Below are positions 45,868-56,066 of a DNA stretch of 64,000 nucleotides, piece by piece (position 1 is the stretch's first letter; every line of letters starts with the position of its first letter). The DNA comes from Candidatus Woesearchaeota archaeon. GTDB lineage: Archaea; Nanobdellota; Nanobdellia; Woesearchaeales; JACJVV01. The stretch lies in the NCBI GenBank assembly GCA_047602755.1, contig JBLKOM010000002.1:56272-120271 (forward strand), read 5' to 3'. A program made the position numbers and the translations under genes. The notes below the pieces were generated by a model that saw nothing but the letters and a program-made list of their open reading frames with translations, made no database searches and was not told the DNA's origin.

Positions 45868-47371
45868 TTTTTTCTTTATCAGAAGGGCTGAAAAACTCTT
45901 TTTCCTCTCCATCCATTATTTCCTCAACTTTTTTTTCAATCTTATCCATTATATTTTTGGGTATTCCTTCCATATTAAATATATTTTCTTCATTAAGATT
46001 AATATCAGTTTCTTCTTTAGTAAGTTCTTCTTTTTTGTTTTGTTCATCTGTCTTTTCATCCGCTTTTTCCAGATTATCTTCTTCATCATCTTGTTTCAAT
46101 ATACCATTTATTTCTTCATTTTTATTCTTATCTTCTAAATTATCTTGCTCATTATTTGGATCAATATCTTGATTTTCATTAATGTTGTTTGATGAAGATT
46201 CGTTTTCATTATTATTTGAATCCTCATTTATTTCTTGTTCGTTATTTGTACTACCTGAATCTATTAAATCTGTATCTAGGTTATTATTATCTGGAATCTC
46301 TTGCTCGTTATTTTTATCATTTTTTTCAACCATTTCCTGCTCATTTGTTTGATTATTATTAATATCGGCTTGATCTAAAATATCATTGTCATTACTATTA
46401 TCACTATCAGAAATGGGCTCTATTATTTCATCATTACTCATGTTATTAGCATGTTCTTTATTCAATTCATCACCCATCATTTCTAGATTTATATCTTTAT
46501 TATCAGGTTCTGAATTATCATTTTGGTCTATAAACTCTGGATTATTTTCTATATCTTGTGAATTTTGTTCTTGCATTAAATTATTATTAACATCATCAAA
46601 AATTTCTATATCTTTTCTTTTATTCTCACTATCATTCTCTATTTGACTATTATTATCACTATCATAATCTTCAAATATTTCTAATTCACCTAATTTTTCT
46701 CCTTCAATAATATCAATTCCATTTTCTTGATGTTGTATTATCTCTCTTGGGGTCATATAAATATTCTTAGACTCCATGCGCTTTGATTCTTTTTCTTGTT
46801 CTTCAATCATTTCCTTTTTCTTTTGGTTAATTTCATGTATTTGATTTTCTTTTTCAGAAATTACTTTTTCCATTTCTTTGACATTATGAAATGTTTCTTT
46901 TAGTTTGTCCGGTGGGAGATCAAAATAATCAAAAAATTTTTGAGTTAATTTAATCTGCTTTGTTCTTCCATATCTTTCACGTTGAATATACCCTAATGTT
47001 TCTAATTCACTTAAGTGATCATATGCTTTATTTGTTCTTATTTTAATTACATCACTTTGTAAAATAGGGTATTTATATGCAATCACTGCTAATGTTTCCA
47101 TTACAGTCTTAGTTAATTCAGTCTCTACACCAATTTCTTTAGCTACATCAATATATTGATCTTTAATTGTTAATTTCCAAAAATCACCATCTTGAAGTAT
47201 CATTAAAGAATTATTATCATCATTATTATATTTTTGTTTTAACTCAATCAATCCAGCTATAACTTTTGCTTTGTCTTTTTCTTTAATCATCTTTAGAAGT
47301 TCATCTATATGAATCTTCCTACCAATAGAAAAAAGTATTGCTTCTATCTTTTTTTTTAGTTCTTCATCCAT
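45857..47371 (-). CDS. scpB: ScpB-like segregation and condensation protein with about 300-aa acidic low-complexity C-terminal extension
   Basis: The N-terminal roughly 190 aa form the tandem-wH ScpB fold (IEAILFSIGRKIHIDELLKMI...TLAVIAYKYPILQSDVIKIRTNKAYDHLSELETLGYI). The remainder is D/E/N/Q-rich. Confidence 0.65.
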   Translation of the reverse strand: MDEELKKKIEAILFSIGRKIHIDELLKMIKEKDKAKVIAGLIELKQKYNNDDNNSLMILQDGDFWKLTIKDQYIDVAKEIGVETELTKTVMETLAVIAYKYPILQSDVIKIRTNKAYDHLSELETLGYIQRERYGRTKQIKLTQKFFDYFDLPPDKLKETFHNVKEMEKVISEKENQIHEINQKKKEMIEEQEKESKRMESKNIYMTPREIIQHQENGIDIIEGEKLGELEIFEDYDSDNNSQIENDSENKRKDIEIFDDVNNNLMQEQNSQDIENNPEFIDQNDNSEPDNKDINLEMMGDELNKEHANNMSNDEIIEPISDSDNSNDNDILDQADINNNQTNEQEMVEKNDKNNEQEIPDNNNLDTDLIDSGSTNNEQEINEDSNNNENESSSNNINENQDIDPNNEQDNLEDKNKNEEINGILKQDDEEDNLEKADEKTDEQNKKEELTKEETDINLNEENIFNMEGIPKNIMDKIEKKVEEIMDGEEKEFFSPSDKEKNDS

Positions 47372-47372
47372 T

Positions 47373-48014
47373 TCACAAAGAATAAATGTTATCTTTATTA
47401 GTTATTATTTTTCTTTCAACAAGATCATTAAGTATTTTCTGAACTTTTTCTTGTTCAATACCAGTTATTTCTGAAATGTCTTTTGCATTATTTTTTCCAT
47501 TCTTTAGGCAATAACCTATAAAATTTTCAGTTAATGTTTTAAAAATAACAGAAGCAGTTGTTTTTTGTGCATTATGCTCTTTTAAACTCATATCTAAATG
47601 ATGTAATTTGGCTTGTAAATCATTTAATAATCCTGAAAAATCATTAGAATGAAACTTAAACACTTCAGGTTCTATAATTTCTATACTTGAAGGAAGGCTA
47701 TCAAAGCAAAAACCCATAAGATGCTCTGGTTTTTTAAACCAGATTTCAAGTTCTGCATATAAAGAAAATAGTTTTTTGTCTTTTTGTTCCTCACTATCTG
47801 ATATATGCTCATTTACTATTTCATATTCAGTTTTTCCTTTTAAACTATCAACATAATCTTTCATAGTTTTTTCAATATGTGCTTTTGGAGCTCCTAGCAT
47901 TTCAAGGATAACTCTTGCCAATATTTGTCCTTCTTCAATTCGTTCAGAATCGCTTTTTTTATCTGTACTGCTCATAATATGGTTTACTATTCTTTCATTT
48001 ATATATATTTTCAT
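47373..48014 (-). CDS. Hypothetical protein with C-terminal winged helix; positional ScpA (kleisin) candidate
   Basis: 213 aa. Its stop abuts the scpB start on the same strand, matching the conserved scpA-scpB order. It has a C-terminal wH (DISEITGIEQEKVQKILNDLVERKII). The N-terminus does not obviously match the ScpA consensus. Confidence 0.3.
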   Translation of the reverse strand: MKIYINERIVNHIMSSTDKKSDSERIEEGQILARVILEMLGAPKAHIEKTMKDYVDSLKGKTEYEIVNEHISDSEEQKDKKLFSLYAELEIWFKKPEHLMGFCFDSLPSSIEIIEPEVFKFHSNDFSGLLNDLQAKLHHLDMSLKEHNAQKTTASVIFKTLTENFIGYCLKNGKNNAKDISEITGIEQEKVQKILNDLVERKIITNKDNIYSL

Positions 48015-48114
48015 ATCTTTTTACCATTTATGTATAATGTTTCACCTTCGGTTCATGACGACAAGCAAATATTTATATAGCATAATGTTTAAAAATTAAA
48101 CAGAGGTGATTTAG

Positions 48115-48528
48115 ATGACAAAATTTATTTTATTATTACTCTTTTTTTTATCAGTATTCTCAGTTATAGGTTTTTCATTAGAAAAATATCCAAGCAACGA
48201 AATAACTGTATATACTATAACGCATTCTGTTAATCAACAAGATTTTGTAGAATCTATCAATATTCAGCCATCAATCACTACTAATATGGACCGAAAATAT
48301 GATATATCACAACAATTAGGAAAATATTTAGATAAAAATCCATTTCAATATGAAGGATGTCGAACTGTAGTTTTACGAAAAGGTATTACTACAAAAGATA
48401 TTACAAATGCACAGGCATATTATCGTGATTGTAGTCCTCCTCAACCATATCATACAATTCATTCACAACAGTATATTACTTATGAAAATTTAGGTCTTCC
48501 TTGGTTCAATGCACGCAGAAGTCGGTAA
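48115..48528 (+). CDS. Small secreted protein (signal peptide), hypothetical
   Basis: 137 aa with an N-terminal hydrophobic signal (MTKFILLLLFFLSVFSVIGFS) and 2 Cys. Confidence 0.4.
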   Translation: MTKFILLLLFFLSVFSVIGFSLEKYPSNEITVYTITHSVNQQDFVESINIQPSITTNMDRKYDISQQLGKYLDKNPFQYEGCRTVVLRKGITTKDITNAQAYYRDCSPPQPYHTIHSQQYITYENLGLPWFNARRSR

Positions 48529-48594
48529 TCAGGTAGTGTATTATTTAGATTAATTTGCTAAATATTTATAAATTTAAATTTTCTTATTTTTATA

Positions 48595-49629
48595 ATGGGG
48601 GAAAAAATAGCATTGCTTACTCCTACTTTTTGTCATTATTCTGGTATAGACAGAGTAGTTGAGTTACAAGCAAAAGAATTTGCAAAGAAAGGGCATAAAG
48701 TTACCATTTTTTGTTTAGAGGCTTCTATTAAATCAAAATATGCTAAAGTAGTAGAAATAGGAATGCCTAAAAGCCAGATATTTGAACGAATTTATAGATT
48801 ATTTATGTTTTTAGATTTTATTAAAATAAATAAGTTTTCTAAAATGTTAAAAGATTATGATATAGTTATAAGTCATTTTTATCCTATGAATTTAATTGCA
48901 AAAAGAGCTAAGAAAAAATATAATATCAAATATATTTATCGAGATTATGGTATTGCTAGTTCTAATTTATTTAATTTTTATGAAGCCTTATATCTTAAAT
49001 TTTTTAAAATATTAGTATACAATTCAGTAAATAATGCTGACGAAGTAGTTAGTATAAGTAATTATTTATCTAAAGTATTTTATGAAGAATCTCAAATAAA
49101 ACCAAAAGTAGAATATATTCCTATAGATAATAATCGGTTTAATAAGAATGTAAAAGTTAATTCAAAAATAAAAAATAAATATAAATATATAAAAGGTCCA
49201 ATCTTTTTATATGTAGGTAGGATTTCTCCACATAAAGGAATTCATCTATTAATTAAAGTATTTAATAATATTAAGCAAAAATTACCTGATTCTTATTTAT
49301 TAGTAATAGGAAAACCAACTTTCAATAGTTATTTTAAGAAATTAAAAAAAATGTCTAATAAAAATATTAAATTTATAGGTTTTGTAGATGATAAAGATTT
49401 ACCTTCATATTATGCCTTATGTGATGTTTATACAACTTGTACATTATGGGAGGGTTATGATATGCCTATCGCAGAAGCCCAAGCATGTGGGAAACCTGTT
49501 GTTTGCTTTGATATCGGACCTCATAAAGAAGTTTTAAAAAATGGTAAATTGGTTAAAGTTAAGGATGTCTTAGATATTAGCGAAAAAGAAATTTGTGATT
49601 TTGCCGATAAGGTGAGGGTTGTATTATGA
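48595..49629 (+). CDS. Glycosyltransferase family 4 (GT-B fold)
   Basis: 344 aa with a C-terminal GT1/GT4 motif (EG.....EA.ACG.PVV). Confidence 0.65.
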   Translation: MGEKIALLTPTFCHYSGIDRVVELQAKEFAKKGHKVTIFCLEASIKSKYAKVVEIGMPKSQIFERIYRLFMFLDFIKINKFSKMLKDYDIVISHFYPMNLIAKRAKKKYNIKYIYRDYGIASSNLFNFYEALYLKFFKILVYNSVNNADEVVSISNYLSKVFYEESQIKPKVEYIPIDNNRFNKNVKVNSKIKNKYKYIKGPIFLYVGRISPHKGIHLLIKVFNNIKQKLPDSYLLVIGKPTFNSYFKKLKKMSNKNIKFIGFVDDKDLPSYYALCDVYTTCTLWEGYDMPIAEAQACGKPVVCFDIGPHKEVLKNGKLVKVKDVLDISEKEICDFADKVRVVL

Positions 49630-50714
49630 AAATTGGCATAATTTCAACATTTATTGGGCAGAAAACTTCGGGTGCTGAAATTAGTGCAATTCACTTATGT
49701 GAAAAACTAAAAAGAAAAAATGACGTCTTTATAATTTGTCCTAAAATTAATTATAAAATGCCTTGCAGATCATATAATTTAAATTTAGATTTGATTCCAA
49801 ACATGATTCTTCATATTAGTACTTTTTTGACTGATTTAATACTCAGATATAAAATATTAGAAATATTGAAAAAAGAAAAACCTGACTATATTCATATACA
49901 GGATTTTTCAATATTAAATGCTTCATTGTATCCAGCGAAAAAACTTAATATAAAGACCAAATTAACAGTCAGAGATTATAGATTTAATTCAAACTTAACA
50001 ATCGACCTGCAGCAAAATAAGATTATTAGAAACTATAATTGCTTAACTTATTTCAAATGGCTTTTTTTGGAATTACAAAAAAGTAAGAGTCTTGGTTTTT
50101 TAACACCTTTCTTATTTCCTTTTTTTTATTGGGCTAACAATAAAAATCGGCACAATATTAAACGAGTTGATAAGATTGAAACAGTATCCAACTTTGTAAA
50201 AAATGAATTAATTAAAAATGGTATTGATTCTAGTAAAATTAAAACCGTATATAACTTACCTCCTAAATGGAAGAAAGAACCGTTACCTAACAATAAAATC
50301 AAGAGATATTTTGCAGCTGGATCATTAGTTAAGTCAAAAGGATTTAGAGATTTAATTGAATCTTTTATTAAAGCACATAAATCAAATAAAAATATAATTC
50401 TATATATAGCTGGTGATGGAAGCGAAAGAAAAAATCTAGAAAAAATAGTAAATGATAATAAACTTAATAAAAAAATTATATTTACTGGTAGGTTAACCCA
50501 ACAAAAAATAAAAGAACAATACAAGATGTGTGATTATGTTGTTATTCCTTCATTGTGGCCAGAACCACTTAGTAGAATAATATATGAAGCTCATGCAATT
50601 GGCAGACCTGTTATCGCAACAGATGTAGGTGGAAACAAAGAAAAGCTTAAAAAAGGGGACATATTAGTTAAAAACGGAGATTTTTTTATAAATAAAAATG
50701 GCAGAAATATTTAA
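49626..50714 (+). CDS. Glycosyltransferase family 4
   Basis: 362 aa with a C-terminal EPLSRIIYEAHAIGRPVIATDVGG motif. It overlaps neighbours by 4 nt and 17 nt. Confidence 0.6.
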   Translation: MKIGIISTFIGQKTSGAEISAIHLCEKLKRKNDVFIICPKINYKMPCRSYNLNLDLIPNMILHISTFLTDLILRYKILEILKKEKPDYIHIQDFSILNASLYPAKKLNIKTKLTVRDYRFNSNLTIDLQQNKIIRNYNCLTYFKWLFLELQKSKSLGFLTPFLFPFFYWANNKNRHNIKRVDKIETVSNFVKNELIKNGIDSSKIKTVYNLPPKWKKEPLPNNKIKRYFAAGSLVKSKGFRDLIESFIKAHKSNKNIILYIAGDGSERKNLEKIVNDNKLNKKIIFTGRLTQQKIKEQYKMCDYVVIPSLWPEPLSRIIYEAHAIGRPVIATDVGGNKEKLKKGDILVKNGDFFINKNGRNI

Positions 50715-51336
50715 AGACGACTATATAATTAAAAAATGTAAAAACAAGAAAGTTCTACATATTGGAGCATGCGATTCTCCTTATCATATTAAAAAAGCAA
50801 AAAATGGTGAATTACTTCATCAAAAATTGAATAATTCTACAAAGGAACTTGTTGGTATTGACTTTGATAAAAAATCCATAAAAGAATTAAAAAAATTTAA
50901 CATAAATAATATTTTTTTCTCAGACATCACAAAACCACTAAATTTGAAGGATAGTAATTTTGATATTATTATTTTTGGTGATGTATTAGAACACTTATCA
51001 AATCCAGGGCTTGCTCTTAAAAATTTATCAAGCATTATGAAGAAAACCACAAGATTAATCATTACTGTACCAAATTGTTATTGCTATTTTAACATATTTA
51101 ATATATTCGCCCAGAAAGAAAATGTTCATCCTGATCATGTTTTCTGGACATCTAAACAAACTATGGTTAATTTACTGCAACGATACTGTTTCGACATTCA
51201 AAAAATAAAATATTTAAATTTTGGAAGCAAACAAGATAAAATTACATTAAAAGGTCGAGTTTTTAGATCTGTTATTTTAAATCATATACCAAAAATAAGA
51301 AATGTACTCTATTTTGAAGTTAAAATAAGGAAATAA
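50698..51336 (+). CDS. Class I SAM-dependent methyltransferase
   Basis: 212 aa with motif I (VLHIGACDS) and post-I/II motifs (IIIFGDVLEHL). Confidence 0.6.
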   Translation: MAEIFKDDYIIKKCKNKKVLHIGACDSPYHIKKAKNGELLHQKLNNSTKELVGIDFDKKSIKELKKFNINNIFFSDITKPLNLKDSNFDIIIFGDVLEHLSNPGLALKNLSSIMKKTTRLIITVPNCYCYFNIFNIFAQKENVHPDHVFWTSKQTMVNLLQRYCFDIQKIKYLNFGSKQDKITLKGRVFRSVILNHIPKIRNVLYFEVKIRK

Positions 51337-51726
51337 AATATTTTTATTATAAATTTAAAGTCACCAAACCTATTAAACCTTGATTATCTGAGAATAAAAT
51401 CATTTACTATTAAAAAAATAATTTTAATAATTATATCTGCTTAAAGCAAATTACGAATTCTAAAATCTTAATTGTTTTTATTTGTTTAGATTTTTATTCT
51501 AATTATTAGATGAAGAAATACAAGTTATATTATATTATTTTTTCAAATCCTTCTTTTAAAATATTGTAATCTGAATTTATTGGTAATTTTGAAATAAATA
51601 GTACTTTTTCTTTTATTTAACTCATTTTTAATATGCTCTTATTTTCTTCTGCTTTTATTTTTTACTTTCTATTATTTAATTAATAACAAAGATATTCTCT
51701 TTTTTAAATAATTTTTAAGTGATAGA

Positions 51727-53238
51727 TTATATATTTTTCTTGTGTTTTAAATCTTTTATCTTAATTATTCTTTTTATACTTCTCAAAAAATTATCATAAA
51801 ATAAATGACCTAATAATAAATATACTAGTCCTGATATTAAAGCAACTATTATTCCTTTTATATAAATATTTGTATTAATTATATATTTTAAAAAATAAAC
51901 CACAAAATAGAACATAATATTTATTAAAATAAGATTTATTACTTTCTTAAAATTCATTTTTACTTTAATACATTTTTTCAACAATACCAAAAGCGACAAT
52001 AACCATATTATTGCAAAAGAAAACATTGTTGCAAAAGAAACACCAACTATCCCATAATTTTTAACTAATGACAAATTTAATATTAGATTTATTATTGAAC
52101 CAATATACAATATTATTGTTCTTTGTTTTACTAATCCCAATCCTGCCATTATCTTTGAATTAAAATAATTTAATAATACAAAGAATGAAGATATTGTCAA
52201 TAAGATTAATGATTTATGTGCTATAGCATATTCATAACCATATAATAAAATCAAGATTTCTTTAGGAAATGATAAAAAAATAATTAAGCAAGGTAAAGCA
52301 ATAAATGTACCCCATTTGTACATTTTATTAAAAATTATTGAGATTTGTTTATGATTATTCTTTACTGTTAATTTTGAAGTTAATGGAAAAAATATATTTA
52401 ATATAGGACTTAGTGAAATAAATAATATTGAGGCTAAGCTGTATGCTACACTATAATAAGCAACTTCTTTTAAATCTAAAAAATATGTTATGATTATAAT
52501 ATCTATTTTTGAGAGTATAACAATTGCGCCAATTCCTCCTACTATAATCAAAGAATATTTCAATAGTTTTTTATATAAAATAAAGCTTAAATCTGATTTT
52601 GAATTTATAATTTTGGGATAATATTTATTTAGTAATATTATGTATACAAAAAATAAAATAAAATATGATATGCCCCATACTAATGCAATTAGTATAATAT
52701 TATTGTAGTAAAATATTATTAGAAATGAAATAGTAAATATAAGTATTGATCTTATGAACTCAGATAAAGGTAAAAATAAATAATTATGTGTAGCTACATA
52801 AAATTGAATTAAAGGATTACTCAGATTAAAAAAAAAGAAATACATTATAAATGCTCGTAAAACATTAATTGCTACTTCTGACTTAAAATAATTTTCCGCA
52901 AGCCATGGTGCTAAAACCCAAAAAAGAATCCCCAATAAAATACCTGTCCCCGCCTGCATCATTAAAGCAAAAATAAAGCTTCCTTTAACTTTTCCATATT
53001 GCTTTTTCTCATAAAAACGTGTTGCATAATAGTTTAAAGTTTCAGAAAATCCTAAATCATTGAAAATACTAATTAATGCAATGAAACCGATAATTGAGTA
53101 GATTAACCCAAATTCTTCAACACTTAGTGTTCTAGCATATAATATTCTAATTAAATATCCTAAAGGCGCAGCTAAAAATGTAAATAGATAAATCCATAAT
53201 CCTTGCCTTATAAGATATTTTTGAGTTAATTCTACCAT
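51727..53238 (-). CDS. Polysaccharide/oligosaccharide flippase (Wzx, MOP superfamily)
   Basis: 503 aa, roughly 12-14 TM. The N-terminal motif is typical of PST-family flippases. Confidence 0.65.
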   Translation of the reverse strand: MVELTQKYLIRQGLWIYLFTFLAAPLGYLIRILYARTLSVEEFGLIYSIIGFIALISIFNDLGFSETLNYYATRFYEKKQYGKVKGSFIFALMMQAGTGILLGILFWVLAPWLAENYFKSEVAINVLRAFIMYFFFFNLSNPLIQFYVATHNYLFLPLSEFIRSILIFTISFLIIFYYNNIILIALVWGISYFILFFVYIILLNKYYPKIINSKSDLSFILYKKLLKYSLIIVGGIGAIVILSKIDIIIITYFLDLKEVAYYSVAYSLASILFISLSPILNIFFPLTSKLTVKNNHKQISIIFNKMYKWGTFIALPCLIIFLSFPKEILILLYGYEYAIAHKSLILLTISSFFVLLNYFNSKIMAGLGLVKQRTIILYIGSIINLILNLSLVKNYGIVGVSFATMFSFAIIWLLSLLVLLKKCIKVKMNFKKVINLILINIMFYFVVYFLKYIINTNIYIKGIIVALISGLVYLLLGHLFYDNFLRSIKRIIKIKDLKHKKNI

Positions 53239-53241
53239 GAC

Positions 53242-54015
53242 TTATAGAATTCCTTTTTTTAATTTTTCAATATCAACATCTTCTTCGCCAAAGGCTTCTT
53301 TTGCTTCTTTTAAGCTTTCAAAACCACCAACATCATACCATGGTTCAGTATAAGTTTCAGCATATACTTCGTCATTTTTAACAAGCCATGCAGGTAAATT
53401 TCCCGGTGCATCAGGATTATTTCCTTCATCAAGATATTTCTTTATTACTTTAATATATTCTTTTGGATAAAAATAAACACATATAGCACAAAAAGTAGAT
53501 CTTGGTTCTGATGGTTTTTCAATAAAACTTAGAACTTTCTTATGATTGTCTACTTCAATAACTCCATATTTTTTTGCAAGTTCTATATTTTTTACATCAT
53601 GTCCTACAATAGTTGGTTTATTTTGAGTAGTAAATAAAAATTTAGCATTGTCCAAACTAAACTTAAATAAATTATCTCCTCCGATAATTAAAAGATCAGT
53701 ATCTAGATTAGCTTTATCTATTGTAAAATTAATGTCACCTATAGCACCAAGTCTGTCATCGTTTGATGTTGTTCCATCATTTATTATTTCAATGTTTATT
53801 TCTTTATTTGGATAATTATTTGCCCATTCTTCAAATTGCTTTGTAAATATTTCATTAGTTACAATATAAATATCATTAATATCAATTTCTAATATCTTTT
53901 CTAAAACATGCTCAATCATTAATTTATTTCCAATCTTAATTAATGGTTTTGGAATCTTTTTAGTTAATGGAAATAATCTTGTAGCATATCCTGCTGCTAA
54001 TATTATTGCTTTCAT
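53242..54015 (-). CDS. Sugar-phosphate nucleotidyltransferase (glucose-1-phosphate thymidylyl/uridylyltransferase-like)
   Basis: 257 aa with an N-terminal MKAIILAAGYATRLFPLTKKIPKPL signature. Confidence 0.75.
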   Translation of the reverse strand: MKAIILAAGYATRLFPLTKKIPKPLIKIGNKLMIEHVLEKILEIDINDIYIVTNEIFTKQFEEWANNYPNKEINIEIINDGTTSNDDRLGAIGDINFTIDKANLDTDLLIIGGDNLFKFSLDNAKFLFTTQNKPTIVGHDVKNIELAKKYGVIEVDNHKKVLSFIEKPSEPRSTFCAICVYFYPKEYIKVIKKYLDEGNNPDAPGNLPAWLVKNDEVYAETYTEPWYDVGGFESLKEAKEAFGEEDVDIEKLKKGIL

Positions 54016-54131
54016 TTTTATACCTCTTGCTATTTATTTTATAAATTTCTTAAGTTTATTCTTTAAATAACTTACTTAATTTTATAAAAAATAGGTTTTG
54101 TTACTACTTTTATGTCCTAAAGAGCGAAAGA

Positions 54132-54139
54132 TTTATAAA
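54132..54139 (+). promoter_or_regulatory. TATA box for orphan 5S rRNA gene
   Basis: tttataaa is centred about 25 bp upstream of the 5S 5' end. Confidence 0.4.
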
Positions 54140-54158
54140 TAAATATGAGTTATTTCTA

Positions 54159-54275
54159 TATGGACGGTCATAGCGGATTGGTCCTACCTGGTCTCATTTC
54201 GAACCCAGAAGTAAAACAATCCTGCGTTTTCCTGCGTACTGTTCTTACGAACGGGAGATGGAATTCGCTGTCCTC
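54159..54275 (+). rRNA. rrf: 5S ribosomal RNA (stand-alone copy)
   Basis: tggacggtcatagcgg...cctggtctcatttcgaacccagaagtaaaac...gcgtactg...gggagatgg...gctgtcc. The universally conserved 5S blocks (GGUCAUAGCGG, GGUCUCAUUUCGAACCC.GAAGU, GUACUG) are present. The 5' ggacgg can pair with the 3' ctgtcc (helix I). No 16S or 23S is nearby. Confidence 0.85.
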
Positions 54276-54315
54276 TTTTCTTTGTATTTACTAAAAAATA
54301 TGTAATCTAGAAAAA

Positions 54316-55740
54316 TTATAATTCTTTCAATTCCTGATTTAATTTAGTCATTGCTTCTTTTGCATCCTCAAATAACATCAATGCATTTTCTTTTTCAAAC
54401 AGTGGATTTTTTATACCAGCAAATCCAGGACTTAAACTTCTTTTAACAACAATTACTGTTTTTGCTTCGTGCACATTAAGTATTGGCATTCCATAGATTG
54501 GACTTGATTTATCTTCATTTGCTGCTGGATTTACAACATCATTTGCTCCAAGAATAATTACAACATCTGTTTGTTTGAATGAATCATTTATAGATTCTAA
54601 ATCTTTTAATTTGTCGTAAGGTATATCAGCTTCTGCTAATAAAACATTCATATGTCCTGGCATTCTTCCTGCTACAGGATGAATTGCAAACTCAACATTT
54701 ATTCCTTTTTTTTCAAGATTATTAAAAACATCTCTTACTGCATTTTGTGCTTGTGAAACAGCCATCCCATATCCTGGAACAATTATTACTTTTTGTGCAG
54801 CATCTAAAATACCTGCAACTTCTTCAGGTGTTGTGGACTTTATATTTTCATAACCTGAATTATCTGCTTTAGTTTCTTGTTGTCCAAATCCACCAAATAA
54901 TACATTTGTTAATGACCTATTCATTGCTTTGCACATTATTTTTGTAAGAATAAGTCCAGATGCTCCTACTAATGATCCTGCAATAATTAAAAGCATATTA
55001 TTAATAACGAACCCAGACATTGCAGCTGCAAGTCCACTATATGCATTTAATAGGGCAATTACAACAGGCATATCAGCTCCACCAATAGGTGTCACTAACA
55101 AAATTCCTAGAATTAATGCTATACCAATTAATATCAATAAATATAAAACTCCTAAGCTAAAGGTAATTTGTGATGTGACTGTAAGATATCCAAATAAAAC
55201 TATACTTAATAACAAAATAATATTTAAGAAATTATTTCCAAAAAATTTTATAGGCTGTCCATTAATTATTCCTTGCAATTTTCCAAAAGCAACCATACTT
55301 CCACTAAATGTAATAATTCCAATAGCACAGCTTAATATAATTGTAATCATATCTAAATTTGATAATATAATCTCTCCTTTGAATAAAAAATAAGATAATG
55401 ATACAAAAACTGATGCTCCTCCTCCAAATCCATTAAAAACAGCTACTAATTGAGGCATTGCTGTCATTTTTATTTTAACAGCTAGTATCCATCCAATAAT
55501 TCCTCCAATAATTATACCTGATATAATAAAAGGCCATTGTAGTAATTCTGAATTTATTATATTCAATCTAATTATAGTAATTACTATTGCTATTGTCATA
55601 CCAATTGACGAAATAATGTTGCCAAAAGCGGCTGTTTTCACCTTTGATAATAATTTTATACCTAAAATAAAAAGAATTGCTGACACTAAATAAAATATCC
55701 ATGAAATTATTTCAATATTTTGGATTATAGTTTCTTTCAT
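54316..55740 (-). CDS. pntB: NAD(P) transhydrogenase subunit beta
   Basis: 474 aa with N-terminal TM helices and a C-terminal NADP(H)-binding dIII domain (IIVPGYGMAVSQAQ). Confidence 0.85.
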   Translation of the reverse strand: MKETIIQNIEIISWIFYLVSAILFILGIKLLSKVKTAAFGNIISSIGMTIAIVITIIRLNIINSELLQWPFIISGIIIGGIIGWILAVKIKMTAMPQLVAVFNGFGGGASVFVSLSYFLFKGEIILSNLDMITIILSCAIGIITFSGSMVAFGKLQGIINGQPIKFFGNNFLNIILLLSIVLFGYLTVTSQITFSLGVLYLLILIGIALILGILLVTPIGGADMPVVIALLNAYSGLAAAMSGFVINNMLLIIAGSLVGASGLILTKIMCKAMNRSLTNVLFGGFGQQETKADNSGYENIKSTTPEEVAGILDAAQKVIIVPGYGMAVSQAQNAVRDVFNNLEKKGINVEFAIHPVAGRMPGHMNVLLAEADIPYDKLKDLESINDSFKQTDVVIILGANDVVNPAANEDKSSPIYGMPILNVHEAKTVIVVKRSLSPGFAGIKNPLFEKENALMLFEDAKEAMTKLNQELKEL

Positions 55741-56009
55741 TTTTTAAACATCCTAAGCATTCTATTTGTAACCATAAAACCACCGACTACATTAATTGTT
55801 GCCATTATTAGTGCTAGTATTCCTATAATACTTGCTAATGGATTATTTACATATGATAATGAGGCAAGTGCCCCTATAATGATTATACCTGATATAGCAT
55901 TAGTTCCTGACATTAAAGGAGTATGTAATGTAGGCGGTACTTTTGTAATCATTTCATATCCTAAAAAGGATGCAAGAACAAATGCAGTGAGTAAGTATAT
56001 TTCTATCAT
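55737..56009 (-). CDS. pntAB: NAD(P) transhydrogenase alpha subunit part 2 (membrane)
   Basis: 90 aa, 3 TM, with a conserved TPLMSGTNAISGI motif. Confidence 0.8.
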   Translation of the reverse strand: MIEIYLLTAFVLASFLGYEMITKVPPTLHTPLMSGTNAISGIIIIGALASLSYVNNPLASIIGILALIMATINVVGGFMVTNRMLRMFKK

Positions 56010-56066
56010 TTTTTTATTCTTTTTATTTTTATCTTTATTTATGTTTTTATATATTATTTACTTTTT

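Noticed and set aside
42700-46646. Plus-strand ORFs opposite THUMP, gyrA and scpB (42700-42933, 43008-43361, 44034-44261, 45957-46172, 46386-46646)
   Set aside because: S/F/L-rich translations opposite D/E/K-rich genes are the classic AT-rich shadow-ORF pattern.
47373-48014. Confident ScpA assignment
   Set aside because: Only the position and the C-terminal wH support it. The N-terminal region does not show the ScpA consensus by eye, so it is listed as hypothetical with low confidence.
50126-51062. Minus-strand ORFs (132 and 80 aa) opposite GT4 and methyltransferase genes
   Set aside because: Embedded antisense frames without support.
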